56,395 nt of DNA, taken from positions 1-56,395 of the IMG/VR virus record IMGVR_UViG_3300026037_000015; one strand, written 5' to 3'. This document shows, piece after piece, positions 35,891 to 45,785 of this stretch (positions are counted from its first letter, which is position 1; each line of letters begins with the position of its first letter). This DNA is from a virus. Its lineage: Duplodnaviria; Caudoviricetes. The translations under genes and the position numbers were made by a program. A model generated the notes under the pieces. It saw only the letters and a program-made list of their open reading frames with translations. It ran no database searches and had not been told where the DNA came from.

Positions 35891-36424
35891 ATGACCGAGC
35901 CATCTGCTGCCGTCCCGACGTTCGGGGCGGACGCCCCGCACGACACGCACCCGTTCAGGGTCGCGATCTACGACCCGGAGGAGGAGGCCAGCCTCACGGA
36001 GGAGTTCCTCGCGTGGAAGGACCCAGGCGGCGGCGCGATCCTCGCGTTCATGCGGTCCGGGGCTGACCCAGGCCGCCAGATCCAGGCGGCTGCCCGGCTC
36101 CTCTACGACGCGCTGGTCGACACCGACGGGCTGCAGATCGAGTACGTCCCCCCGGGTCAGGACGAGGTCGACCCGGAGACCGGGGACCCGCTGCCGGTAG
36201 ACCCGCGGCTCGCCGACATCACGCAGTGGAGTTCCCGCCGCCGGTTCTCCTACTACAGCGACTCCTCGAGGTACCGGGTGCCGAGCGACGTCATCGTCGA
36301 CGTCGCTGACTGGCTGACCAGGGAGGCGTTCCAGGGCCGCCCTACCGCGAGGCCCTCGCGCTCCTCGCGTGGGCCGAAGTCAACCGGTCGTGGATCCGGG
36401 GGTCGCTCCTCCTCCAAGGCGTAG
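35891..36424 (+). CDS. tail assembly chaperone (short form)
   Basis: Upstream of the tape measure gene; ends with GRPT..PS.SS.G low-complexity tail. Confidence 0.7.
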   Translation: MTEPSAAVPTFGADAPHDTHPFRVAIYDPEEEASLTEEFLAWKDPGGGAILAFMRSGADPGRQIQAAARLLYDALVDTDGLQIEYVPPGQDEVDPETGDPLPVDPRLADITQWSSRRRFSYYSDSSRYRVPSDVIVDVADWLTREAFQGRPTARPSRSSRGPKSTGRGSGGRSSSKA

Positions 36425-36654
36425 ACCCCGACGGACTCGCGACTCCCGACCTCCTCGACGTCGCCTGGGTCATGGTGTGCCGAGAGATCGAGGGCGGCGT
36501 GAGCTGGCCGAAGGTCCGGCAGGAGACCGCGAAGTGGCTGGATGACCTGGGGTTCAGGCTCCAGCTCGACAGCGAGGACACGGCGCCGGATCCGTCGACC
36601 TGGGGGCTGACCCCCGCCGCCATCGAGGCTCAGGAACGGGCCATGCGGACATAG
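36340..36654 (+). CDS. tail assembly chaperone frameshifted extension (-1 frame)
   Basis: Frame +1 is open 36310-36654 (PYREALALLAW...STWG) without a good independent start. Confidence 0.6.
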   Translation, partial: PYREALALLAWAEVNRSWIRGSLLLQGVDPDGLATPDLLDVAWVMVCREIEGGVSWPKVRQETAKWLDDLGFRLQLDSEDTAPDPSTWGLTPAAIEAQERAMRT

Positions 36655-36666
36655 GCGGAGGCGCGA

Positions 36667-38904
36667 GTGATCGTCGCGGGGGCTGAGGTCGAGCTTCGCC
36701 CGTCCGCTGACGGGTTCGGTGCCCGGGCCGCGGCCGAGCTGAGGTCCTCCTCCGGGGCGTTCCGCGCGGCGGGGCAGGACATCGGGGAGACCACCGGTCG
36801 AGCTGCTGGCGACGGGTTCGGCGACGAGTTCTGGCGGTCGAGTGATGGCCGGCTACGGGATGGCCGTGGCCGGTTCGTCGCTGAGGGCCAGGACATGGGG
36901 AGGGACGCCGGGCAGGCTGCCGGGCGGGAGTTCGGGGATGCGGCCGGGCGGGACGGCGGCCGCATCAAGAAGGGGTTCGGGGGGCTCGGTGCCCTCGCGG
37001 TCGGGGGTTTCGCTGCTGCGCTGACCGCTGGGTTCGTCGCGGCTCCGGTCCTGGGATTCTTCAAGGACGCCGTCTCGGGGGCCACGGACCTGGCCGAGGC
37101 CCAGAACAAGATCAACGTGGTATTCGGGCAGGAAGGCGCCGACGCCATCCGCACCTTCGCGGATGACGCGGTCCTCGGCCTGGGGCAGACCAGGCTCCAG
37201 GCGATCGATGCAGCGGCCACATTCGGTGTGTTCGGTAAGTCGGCAAAGCTGTCCGGTAAAGAACTCGTCGGGTTCTCCTCGGAGATGTCGACTCTATCTG
37301 CCGACCTCGCCTCTTTCTATAACACATCCCCTGAGGATGCGATTGAGTCGATCGGTGCCGCCCTCCGAGGCGAATCAGAACCGATCAGGAAATACGGTGT
37401 CCTGCTTGATGACGCCACACTTAGAAACCGCGCACTAAAGCTCGGTCTCATTGATTCGACAAAGACTGCGCTTACCCCCGCCAATAAGGTTCTGGCTGCG
37501 CAGGCGGAGATCCTCGCCCAGACGACGGACGCCCAGGGCGACTTCGCCCGGACATCCGGTGGCCTGGCCAACCAGCAGCGAATCCTGAGCGCCCAGTGGT
37601 CCGAGCTGAAGACGACCATCGGCAACGCGCTGCTCCCCGCCGTCCTGGCCGTCGTCCTCGCAATCAACGGGGCCCTCGGCCCGGCCATGACCCGCATCTC
37701 CGAGCTGCTCTCCGGAGGAGGAGGCCTCGGGGAAGGCCTCGGCCGGATCGGTGCTCTCTTCACCACCGTCAGCGCTCTCCTCCTGACGACGTTCGGTCCT
37801 GCGATCGCCGACATCCAGGCCATGGTCACGGGGCAGCTCCTCCCCGGGTTCCTGGCGTTCGCCGCGTTCATGACCGCATCGCTGCTGCCCGTGTTCCTCC
37901 AGGTCTGGGGGATCATCTCCGGGAACATCCTGCCGATCCTCGGGAGCCTCGCGAGCTTCGTCACGGGCCAGCTCATACCGGCGGTCCTCGCCATCGTCGC
38001 CTCGGTCGCGGCGAAGCTCCAGCCCGTGTTCGAGGCCCTGGTCGACCTCGTCCAGTCGAGGGTCCTACCTGCCGTCCAGGACCTCCTCGTCAAGTGGGCC
38101 GAATGGCAGCCGACCCTGGAGCGGGTCGTGATGGTCGTGATCAAGGTGATCGGGTGGATCCTCAATCTCGCTGCCGCGATCCTCGGGAAAGTGCTGCCCC
38201 CAGTGATCAAGTTCATTGGGTGGCTCCTCGGGGGCCTGGTCTCCGCGATCGGTACCGTCATCGGCTGGTTGGTCAAGTTCATCGGGTGGCTCCTCGACGT
38301 CGGCTCCTCGCTAGTGAACGCGGGGAACAAGGCTGGGGAGTTCGCCGCCCGGGTCCGCGCCAAGATCAGCGACGCTATGGGCTACATAAAGTCGATCCCA
38401 GGGAAGGCCAGGAGCGCACTCGGTGACCTCGGCAGGACGCTATGGAACGCGGGAGCACGCCTGATCCAGGGACTCATCGACGGAATCAAGTCCCGCATAT
38501 CCGGGATCACGTCCGCGATGGGCAGCGTCGCCTCGGCCATCGCGGACTTCATGCCCGGATCCCCGGTCAAGCGCGGCCCGCTGACCTCCTGGAACCGGGG
38601 TGGTGCCGGCCAGCGTCTCGTCGGGCTCCTCGCCTCCGGCCTGGAGGACCGGGCGAAGGCCGAGGCCGCGGCCCGGCGCCTGGCCGAGGCCGTCAACGGC
38701 TCCCTCGGTCTGGACCTCTCTCCGGCCCAGGCCCGGGCCGTCGCGGGTGCGATCTCCCCGTCCGGGGCCGTCAGCACCTCCGGGCGCGGCAGCATGAACG
38801 TCAGCCTCTCCACCAGGGTGTCCGCAGAGGAAGTTCTGCCGATCCTGAGGGCCCTCGACGACCTCGATGACGCTCTCTACCCAGACCTCTCAGCGGCGGG
38901 GTGA
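36667..38904 (+). CDS. tape measure protein
   Basis: ADLASFYN, AALRGESEPIRKYGV, AQGDFART.GGLANQQR, amphipathic repeats, SP.K.GP. Confidence 0.9.
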   Translation: MIVAGAEVELRPSADGFGARAAAELRSSSGAFRAAGQDIGETTGRAAGDGFGDEFWRSSDGRLRDGRGRFVAEGQDMGRDAGQAAGREFGDAAGRDGGRIKKGFGGLGALAVGGFAAALTAGFVAAPVLGFFKDAVSGATDLAEAQNKINVVFGQEGADAIRTFADDAVLGLGQTRLQAIDAAATFGVFGKSAKLSGKELVGFSSEMSTLSADLASFYNTSPEDAIESIGAALRGESEPIRKYGVLLDDATLRNRALKLGLIDSTKTALTPANKVLAAQAEILAQTTDAQGDFARTSGGLANQQRILSAQWSELKTTIGNALLPAVLAVVLAINGALGPAMTRISELLSGGGGLGEGLGRIGALFTTVSALLLTTFGPAIADIQAMVTGQLLPGFLAFAAFMTASLLPVFLQVWGIISGNILPILGSLASFVTGQLIPAVLAIVASVAAKLQPVFEALVDLVQSRVLPAVQDLLVKWAEWQPTLERVVMVVIKVIGWILNLAAAILGKVLPPVIKFIGWLLGGLVSAIGTVIGWLVKFIGWLLDVGSSLVNAGNKAGEFAARVRAKISDAMGYIKSIPGKARSALGDLGRTLWNAGARLIQGLIDGIKSRISGITSAMGSVASAIADFMPGSPVKRGPLTSWNRGGAGQRLVGLLASGLEDRAKAEAAARRLAEAVNGSLGLDLSPAQARAVAGAISPSGAVSTSGRGSMNVSLSTRVSAEEVLPILRALDDLDDALYPDLSAAG

Positions 38905-38910
38905 GCCCTC

Positions 38911-39873
38911 ATGCCGATCCTCTACTCCCAGCTCGTCCTCCCCCCGCCGGAGCCACCGGTCCCGGTAGAGGCTCCCGCCTACCGCATCGGGGCTCAGTGG
39001 CTCGCCCCTAGCGGCGCCGTCCTGAACCTGACCGACTGCCCCGGCGGGCTGGACATCGGCCGCAACCGCGCGGGGGAGGACATGCCGACCCCCGCGTTCG
39101 TCGAGGACGACCTGGTCGACGGCGACGGCTCCGTTCCCCGGGGGGTGCGCGCCGTCCCCAGGACCTACGTCCTGCCGCTGCTCGTCCACGCAGAGGACCA
39201 CACCACCTGGCGGGCCCTGCACCAGCACCTCCTGCGCAGCCTGAGCCCGTGGGGGGCCAACGGTGTCCCCCAGCTCGGCCGGTACCGCGTCCACCAGGTG
39301 GACGGCACCTGGCGCGAGCTGCGCTGCGCCTACTCCGGAGGAGCCGAGGGCGAGGGCATCAACGACCGCAGGGGCCTGTGGTACCGCGCCTACGCCGTCC
39401 TCCTGCGCGCGTTCGACCCCTGGTGGTACGGGCCCGGACACATCGTCTCCTGGCAGGAGTCGGAGGTCGGGCCGTTCTTCCCGATCCTCCCGGTGTCCCT
39501 CGGCTCCGGGTCGGTCCTCGGAGCATCCGACCTCGAGGTCGCCGGAGACGTCCCGACCTCCGGGGTATGGCGGATCACGGGGCCAGCCGACGGGACGGCC
39601 ACCCTGCGATCGGAGACCCTCGACCAGGAGCTGGTGCTCGACCTCTCCGGGGCTCACGAGCTGGCTGCCGGCCAGACGCTGACCGTCGACATGCGCAAGG
39701 GCCAGCAATCCATCAAGGGCCCGGGCGGGGCCTCGTGGTGGTCGGCCAGGGTAGGTACCCCGCAGATGTGGCAGCTACGGCCGGGCGTCAACTCGGTGTC
39801 GCTGACCGTGACCGGAGCCGGACCGGGGACCCTGGTCGAGCTGACCTACGAGCCCCGCTACCTCACCGCGTAG
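38911..39873 (+). CDS. distal tail protein (Dit)
   Basis: Follows the TMP; DPWWYG, GDVP....ITGP, L.PGVN. Confidence 0.75.
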   Translation: MPILYSQLVLPPPEPPVPVEAPAYRIGAQWLAPSGAVLNLTDCPGGLDIGRNRAGEDMPTPAFVEDDLVDGDGSVPRGVRAVPRTYVLPLLVHAEDHTTWRALHQHLLRSLSPWGANGVPQLGRYRVHQVDGTWRELRCAYSGGAEGEGINDRRGLWYRAYAVLLRAFDPWWYGPGHIVSWQESEVGPFFPILPVSLGSGSVLGASDLEVAGDVPTSGVWRITGPADGTATLRSETLDQELVLDLSGAHELAAGQTLTVDMRKGQQSIKGPGGASWWSARVGTPQMWQLRPGVNSVSLTVTGAGPGTLVELTYEPRYLTA

Positions 39874-39880
39874 GCCCGCC

Positions 39881-41047
39881 GTGCGTACCGTGTGGGAGGT
39901 GTTCGACCCGGACCGGGTTCCCGTCGGGGCCATCGAGCAGGTCACGGGGGTCCTCCTGCCCCGGTACAACGACATCGGCACGTGGTCCTACACCGTCGCG
40001 GCGAGGTCCATCCCCTCGGAGGTCCGCGCCGTGATCAACGAACCGGGTTCGGGGATCCGCGTCACCAACGCTGACTACCCGGATGGCGAGCCGATCATCG
40101 CGGGCCCCATGACGAAACCCGCCGAGTCCTGGGGCGAGGACGCGCCCTGGGACGGGCAGCTCGTCGTCGCGGGTGTCTCCTGGGAGCAGCACCTCGCCGA
40201 TCGCGTGACCTACGGGTCGCCGTCGTCTGCGTGGACGGCACAGACTCCCGGCACTCTCTACCGTCGGCCGGCTGGGTCGGGGACGGCTGCGGCCGAGACC
40301 GTCGCCCGGGCCTTCATCAACGTCAACGCGGGCCCCGGCGCCCTGGTCGCTCGCCGGGTCGCAGGCCTCGCCCTGGAAGCCGACGGAGCCCGCGGCGCGC
40401 TGCTGGCGAAGGCATCCGCCAACGAGCCGCTGCTGGAGGTCGTCCAGCACATCTGCGCCGTCGGCGGGTTGCGGTTCCAGGTCCTCCACCAGCCGGACGG
40501 GTCCTTGCTCCTGCGGTTCACGGTGCCGGCCACCCGCTCCGACGTCCTGCTCTCCGTCGACTCCGGAGCCGTCCGGTCCGGCACGCACTCCGTCGCTGCG
40601 CCGACCTGCTCCCGGGCCCTCATCTCCTCCGAGGTCTCCCTGGTCGAGATGTCGGATGCGTCGAGGGAGACGCTCTGGCGCCGCAGGATCGAGCGGGTCC
40701 TCGACCAGGGCTCGACCTCCGACCCGGACGAGATCACCGAGGCTGGCGACGAGGTCCTCCTCGACGGCCGGGCAACGGCGATGCTCGCAGCCACCGTGGT
40801 CGACACCGACGACGCGAGCTACGGAGTCGACTACCTCCTCGGGGACGTCGTGCCCTACGAACAGCGGGTCCTCGACCAGGGCGTCATCGCCACCGACACG
40901 ATCCGCGAGGTCAAGATCACCGTGGCTGCTGACGGTGTCCGGATCGAGCCGGTGATCGGGGCCGAGGGAGCTACCGGGTCACCTGGGCCATACCGACGGA
41001 TCCGGTCCGTCGGCAAGCTCGTCCGGCAGGTCTCTCGACCCTGGTGA
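39881..41047 (+). CDS. baseplate hub / Gp37-like minor tail protein
   Basis: RYNDIGTW, NAGPGA, RRIE, YGVDYLLGD.V. Confidence 0.75.
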   Translation: MRTVWEVFDPDRVPVGAIEQVTGVLLPRYNDIGTWSYTVAARSIPSEVRAVINEPGSGIRVTNADYPDGEPIIAGPMTKPAESWGEDAPWDGQLVVAGVSWEQHLADRVTYGSPSSAWTAQTPGTLYRRPAGSGTAAAETVARAFINVNAGPGALVARRVAGLALEADGARGALLAKASANEPLLEVVQHICAVGGLRFQVLHQPDGSLLLRFTVPATRSDVLLSVDSGAVRSGTHSVAAPTCSRALISSEVSLVEMSDASRETLWRRRIERVLDQGSTSDPDEITEAGDEVLLDGRATAMLAATVVDTDDASYGVDYLLGDVVPYEQRVLDQGVIATDTIREVKITVAADGVRIEPVIGAEGATGSPGPYRRIRSVGKLVRQVSRPW

Positions 41048-41126
41048 GGACTCGCGACTCTGCTCCGGGCTACGCCCCGGAGGGTGATCCTGCGTCCAGT
41101 CCTACCTGCTGACTCCGGAGGCCCTC

Positions 41127-42095
41127 ATGGTCATGACCTCGCTCCCCTGGGGCGTCGAGGGTGGTGTCGACCAGCCGGCCATGTACCAGGACCGGTGGCG
41201 AGACCTCTTCCGGGCCACGGTCGGCAACGGGGTCGCCAACGACGCGACGGACGACTACCTCAAGGTCACCGCGGCCGGAGCAGACACGACCGTCCAGGTC
41301 AGCGCCGGAGAGGCCATCATCGAAGGGGTCCACTTCGTCTCGACCGCGACGGAGTCCCTCGACGTCGCCGCGGTCGGGGTAGCTCCGACGGTCGCTCAGA
41401 CCAGGGTCGACCTCATCGTTCTGCAGTACGACCCTGTCGACCAGGAAGTCACGCTGGTGGTCAAGCCAGGGACTCCGGCCGGGTCAGGTGCCGTGCCCCC
41501 CGCGCTGACCCGGTCCCGGACCGGTGTCTGGGAGCACTCCATCGCCCGGATCACACGGACCGGAAATGTTTCCGTCACCCAATCGATGGTCACGGAACAC
41601 CGGACCTACTGCGGGTCGATGACCTATGCGTCGGCGACTACTGACCTCCCCACGGATGCGTATTTCGCTGCCCTCGCGATCAGGCACAACGACATCCTGG
41701 TCAGGCGGTACAACTCTGGTGTTATGGCGTGGAAGAGTCTGATCAATCCTGAGTGGTCGAATCTCTCCCTGGCCTCCGGGTATGTTCAGCAGGGCACGCG
41801 CGTCCCCCAGTACCGTGTATTCGCCGGTTTCCTGGAGTTGCGTGGCGTCATCAAGAGGTCGTCGGGGGCCAGCTTCCCCGCGAGCACATGGCTGAGCATC
41901 GCGTCGGTCTCATCGACGCTGACGGCTGCGATCCCTGACGTCTGGTACCCGAGGATCCCGTGCGCAATGACCAATGTGATATCCCCAGGAATGCTCCAGC
42001 TATTCAAGTCCGGGGTCATTCAGCTCCACGCTGCTAGCGCGGTCAGCACCCAGGACGAGGCGTTCCTCGACGGCTGCCGTTTCCCCCTCTCCTGA
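41127..42095 (+). CDS. minor tail protein
   Basis: V.AG.A.I.G, RVDLIVL.YD, GTP....PP.L; C-terminal W..L.L..G...PQYR...LELRG. Confidence 0.7.
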   Translation: MVMTSLPWGVEGGVDQPAMYQDRWRDLFRATVGNGVANDATDDYLKVTAAGADTTVQVSAGEAIIEGVHFVSTATESLDVAAVGVAPTVAQTRVDLIVLQYDPVDQEVTLVVKPGTPAGSGAVPPALTRSRTGVWEHSIARITRTGNVSVTQSMVTEHRTYCGSMTYASATTDLPTDAYFAALAIRHNDILVRRYNSGVMAWKSLINPEWSNLSLASGYVQQGTRVPQYRVFAGFLELRGVIKRSSGASFPASTWLSIASVSSTLTAAIPDVWYPRIPCAMTNVISPGMLQLFKSGVIQLHAASAVSTQDEAFLDGCRFPLS

Positions 42096-42112
42096 CACCT
42101 CGGAGGCATTGA

Positions 42113-44158
42113 GTGAGTACCTACGGTGGGCGACCCGAGGACTTCATCTGGGACCGCTCCGACCCGACGAACACGATCGAGTCGACCCCCTATGACGTCG
42201 TCGACGCGAGCACGCTCCTCGTGATCCCCACCGAGTACCTGCTCCACCCCGACGGGCGGCCGGCTACCGCGGAGGACCCGCTCCTGACCGACTCCTACGG
42301 CCGGTATGCGTTCCTGACGGTCAACGCGGTGCACGCGGTCAAGGTCCGGGTCACCGACTCGGTCGGGCAGACGGACTGGGGGCCCATCCCCTCCATCGAG
42401 GCCGTCCAGGCTGCTGTGGATGCCGCGGCTGGGGCCTGGATCACCTCGGCCCTCCTCGCGGCCAAGGGCGACCTGCTCACGGGGACCGGCCCGGGGACGC
42501 TGACCGCGTTGACGGTCGGCAGCGACGGCCAGATGCTCTACGCGGACGCCTCGACGCCCTCCGGGCTGCGCTGGGACACCGCTCCGGCCGGGGGCTCGGG
42601 AGGTGTCTCGGAGCCCGGGATCCTCTGGGTGGAGGACATGCCGGGGGCCGACTTCACGGCGAAGTTCCGGGCTGCTGTGACGGCCGCGACGTCAGTCGTC
42701 TGGACCGTCCGGCCCGTCATCCGCTGGAACACGGAGGTCGTCCAGACGCTCGCGGTCGGCGCAACGCCGATCGACCTGGAGGACGGCATCATCATCTCCG
42801 GTGGCCCGATCAATCAGTCGGAATTCGCGTCATCTTCTCACGCGCAACTGACCTGCTCCGCGACCCAGGGGGTTTTCCGGCTCAAGCAGGGGGCATCTGT
42901 TCAGACCAGAGATGTCGTTCTACACAACATCTCTTTCCAGCTTGCCAACTCGTCGACTGACCTATTCCAGCAGGTTACGGATGGCGCGACCGGGCCGATC
43001 CTCTCCTATTCGCATTTCCACGGGATATCAATCAACGGAGGGAAGACTCACTTCGTCGGCCGAATGCTCGGGTGCCATTGGACCGGGCGAGGGTATTCCA
43101 ACAATGCATACGATACGCCGTTCCGGTTCTGGGGATCCGACAACCACCTGTGGACGAACGGATTCTTCTTGGATTCGCCGAACCTCGCGGACACGGAATA
43201 CCTGGCGATATTCGAGAACATGACGAAGTCGACCGTCGGCATTCCCTACATCACTGGGGACGGCGCGACCCCCGTTCGGGTCAACGGCGGGAGAGATCTC
43301 CGGTTCGTCCGGGCGATCCTGGAAGGCCAGAACAGCGACGTCTCGCCACGGCCGACCCCCGGCGCGGACCTCTGGGTCGCAGGTGGCCTCGTCACCCTCG
43401 ACAGCCCGTGGTTCTTCCGGGCGATGCAGGACCCGGCAGCGACCGGGCGAGGGGACCTCGGTGTCATCCACCAGACCGGAGGGGACCTCACCGTCATCTC
43501 TCCGACCTTCGCCGAGAACGCCGGAGAGACGCACAACCACATCTACTCCGCCGGAGGAGTCACCCGGGTCGTCGGCCGGATCAAGGTCCTCGACTATGCC
43601 GGGTCCAGTACCAGTGTCCCGGATATGCGGGCCTTCAAGTGGGCGACAGCCGGCTCCGGTCAGGTCCTCTTCTATGGTGCGGATCCGCAGACCGCTCCGG
43701 TCATGCGGTACCGGGTCGAGAAGGACGGCGACTCGACGAAGGCCAACAACCAGTCGGCCGGAGACGACACCGTCGGCACCGGGACCATCGCGCTGACGCT
43801 GACCGTCCCGGCGGGCAAGTACAAGATCACCGGGATGATGCTCTACGACGCCCCGACAACAGAGGACATCAGGTTCCAGGTCGTCTCCACCGGAGGGTCC
43901 GGGAAGGTCCTCTTCGACGGACTGGCGACCGGAGCAACAGGGTCGGCGACCTCTGTGAACCGGGCTCCTGCCGCGCTCGCCGCCGCAACTCTCGTGGGTG
44001 GGGTCGGAGCCGGTACCGAGGTGGCGTGCCCCCTCAAGGGCACGATCACCGTCACGACGAACCCCGTGCGGATCCAGTGGGCCCAGGGAGCCACCGGAGC
44101 CACCGGAGCGATCCTGCACTCCGGGTCGTGGTTCGAGCTCGAACGGGTACCGGCCTGA
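42113..44158 (+). CDS. tail spike / receptor-binding protein with probable beta-helix
   Basis: AKGDLL.GTG...L.VGSDGQ.L.AD...GL.W linker; beta-rich central region. Confidence 0.65.
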   Translation: MSTYGGRPEDFIWDRSDPTNTIESTPYDVVDASTLLVIPTEYLLHPDGRPATAEDPLLTDSYGRYAFLTVNAVHAVKVRVTDSVGQTDWGPIPSIEAVQAAVDAAAGAWITSALLAAKGDLLTGTGPGTLTALTVGSDGQMLYADASTPSGLRWDTAPAGGSGGVSEPGILWVEDMPGADFTAKFRAAVTAATSVVWTVRPVIRWNTEVVQTLAVGATPIDLEDGIIISGGPINQSEFASSSHAQLTCSATQGVFRLKQGASVQTRDVVLHNISFQLANSSTDLFQQVTDGATGPILSYSHFHGISINGGKTHFVGRMLGCHWTGRGYSNNAYDTPFRFWGSDNHLWTNGFFLDSPNLADTEYLAIFENMTKSTVGIPYITGDGATPVRVNGGRDLRFVRAILEGQNSDVSPRPTPGADLWVAGGLVTLDSPWFFRAMQDPAATGRGDLGVIHQTGGDLTVISPTFAENAGETHNHIYSAGGVTRVVGRIKVLDYAGSSTSVPDMRAFKWATAGSGQVLFYGADPQTAPVMRYRVEKDGDSTKANNQSAGDDTVGTGTIALTLTVPAGKYKITGMMLYDAPTTEDIRFQVVSTGGSGKVLFDGLATGATGSATSVNRAPAALAAATLVGGVGAGTEVACPLKGTITVTTNPVRIQWAQGATGATGAILHSGSWFELERVPA

Positions 44159-45318
44159 TGCCCGCGCTGTCGAGCACCGTGACCCCGGGTGCCGTCGTCA
44201 CCGCGCTCAAGGACTGGGGATGCACCGTGCGGCCGTACCAGCCGGACGGCGCGGCCTGGTACGGCCATACGACTCCGGGGACTTTCGCCCCCGTCGGGAT
44301 CATGCACCACCACACCGCGGGGTCGGCGGCGCTGCTCACCAGCGAGGCGAGTATCGCCGCGATGCTCCGGCTGCTGCGGGTCGGCACCGTGTCGGCAGCC
44401 CGGAGTCTCACGCCCGGGGAGAGGATCGGGACCGCTGTCGCTGGCCGGCAGCTCACCGACACCGAGCTGTCCGAGCTGATCTCCGAGCACCTCGCAGGCG
44501 GGTTCGGGGAGTGCCAGCAGGCCCGGGCCGCGGGGATCCCCGGTCCGCTGTGCCACCTCGCGCCAGCGATGATCCCCGGGACCAGCACCGCGCAGGTACA
44601 CCTCATCGGGTGGGGCAACGTCAACCACGCCGGGATGGGCTCCAGCCGGACCCTCGCCGCCGTCCGGACCGGCACCTACGCGGGGGCTGCCCCCGGCTCG
44701 GACGACGTCGACGGCAACCCGTACTTCTGGGGGCTGGAGTACCTCCACCCTGGCACGTCCCTCGCCTGGCCCGATGCGCTGCTCGAGGTGGGGCACCGCG
44801 CCGCGTGCGCGCTGTGTGAGGTCATGGGCTGGAGCCCCCCGTCCTGGCCCGGGTCATGCATCGAGCACCGCGAATGGACCGCCCGCAAGATCGACCGTTC
44901 GTGGACCGGTGACCTCCGGTCCGCGATCGCAACCCTCCAGGAGGACCCGATGGCAACTGTCGACCTGACCCCGGCCGCGATCGCCGCGGTCGCCGCAGCG
45001 GTGGGCAAGCTGAAGACCAAGAACCTCGACCCGGTGACCGGGGAGCAGATCGGGGAGATCGCCTGGACGACCGTCCTGTCACAACTGGAGCGGTGGGAGG
45101 ACCAGGAGCGAGGCCTCGCCCCGAAGATCCTCACCGAGGTCAAGGCGATCGCGGCTGGCCTGGTCGAGGCCCGGGTCGAGATCACCGAGCTGCGGGGCCT
45201 GCTCGCTGCGATCCTCGCGGCTCCCGGCGGGCTGACCGAGGCCCAGGCCCGGGCCGTCGCCGAGGCAGGCGCGCAGGCAGTCCTCGTCCGGCTCGGCGCG
45301 CTCGCCGGCCAGGCCTGA
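44158..45318 (+). CDS. endolysin, N-acetylmuramoyl-L-alanine amidase (Amidase_2-like)
   Basis: GIMHHHTAG, PGPLCH, NHAG.G, GN..FWGLE, HREWT.RKID. Confidence 0.85.
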   Translation: MPALSSTVTPGAVVTALKDWGCTVRPYQPDGAAWYGHTTPGTFAPVGIMHHHTAGSAALLTSEASIAAMLRLLRVGTVSAARSLTPGERIGTAVAGRQLTDTELSELISEHLAGGFGECQQARAAGIPGPLCHLAPAMIPGTSTAQVHLIGWGNVNHAGMGSSRTLAAVRTGTYAGAAPGSDDVDGNPYFWGLEYLHPGTSLAWPDALLEVGHRAACALCEVMGWSPPSWPGSCIEHREWTARKIDRSWTGDLRSAIATLQEDPMATVDLTPAAIAAVAAAVGKLKTKNLDPVTGEQIGEIAWTTVLSQLERWEDQERGLAPKILTEVKAIAAGLVEARVEITELRGLLAAILAAPGGLTEAQARAVAEAGAQAVLVRLGALAGQA

Positions 45319-45338
45319 GACCCCCAGGAGATCCAGTC

Positions 45339-45719
45339 ATGTCCGGTGAGGGCCCAGGCCTGCACGAGCGCGACATCGCCGTCATGGTCGGCGAGGTCAA
45401 GGGCATCGTCACGCAGGTCCTCTCCCAGGTGACGAGCCTGACCTCGCAGCTCCAGGCCCTGGAGGCCACGACGAACAGCAGGGTCGGGCTCCTGGAGCAG
45501 CACAGCGCTCAGCTCCGGACCTCGCTGGACGCGCTGAGCCGCAAGCACGATGAGGACGTGCGCCGGCTGGAGTCCGCGCGCAAGGACGAGCAGGACGCGG
45601 CGCGGGCTGCCGCGGCTCGCAAGCCGTCGTGGACGGCGATCGCCGCCGTCGTGTTCGGCGCGACCATGGCGCTGATCGCGGTCCTGTCGTTCGGGGACGT
45701 CATCGGTGCTGGCGGGTAG
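45339..45719 (+). CDS. coiled-coil membrane protein of the lysis cassette
   Basis: AGGAG RBS; coiled coil plus C-terminal TM. Confidence 0.65.
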   Translation: MSGEGPGLHERDIAVMVGEVKGIVTQVLSQVTSLTSQLQALEATTNSRVGLLEQHSAQLRTSLDALSRKHDEDVRRLESARKDEQDAARAAAARKPSWTAIAAVVFGATMALIAVLSFGDVIGAGG

Positions 45720-45785
45720 GCGTCCCCTGTCGGGGTGACCATGTGGACCTGCCGGGCGCCGTGCCCGGCCCGGAGGAGGATTCTC

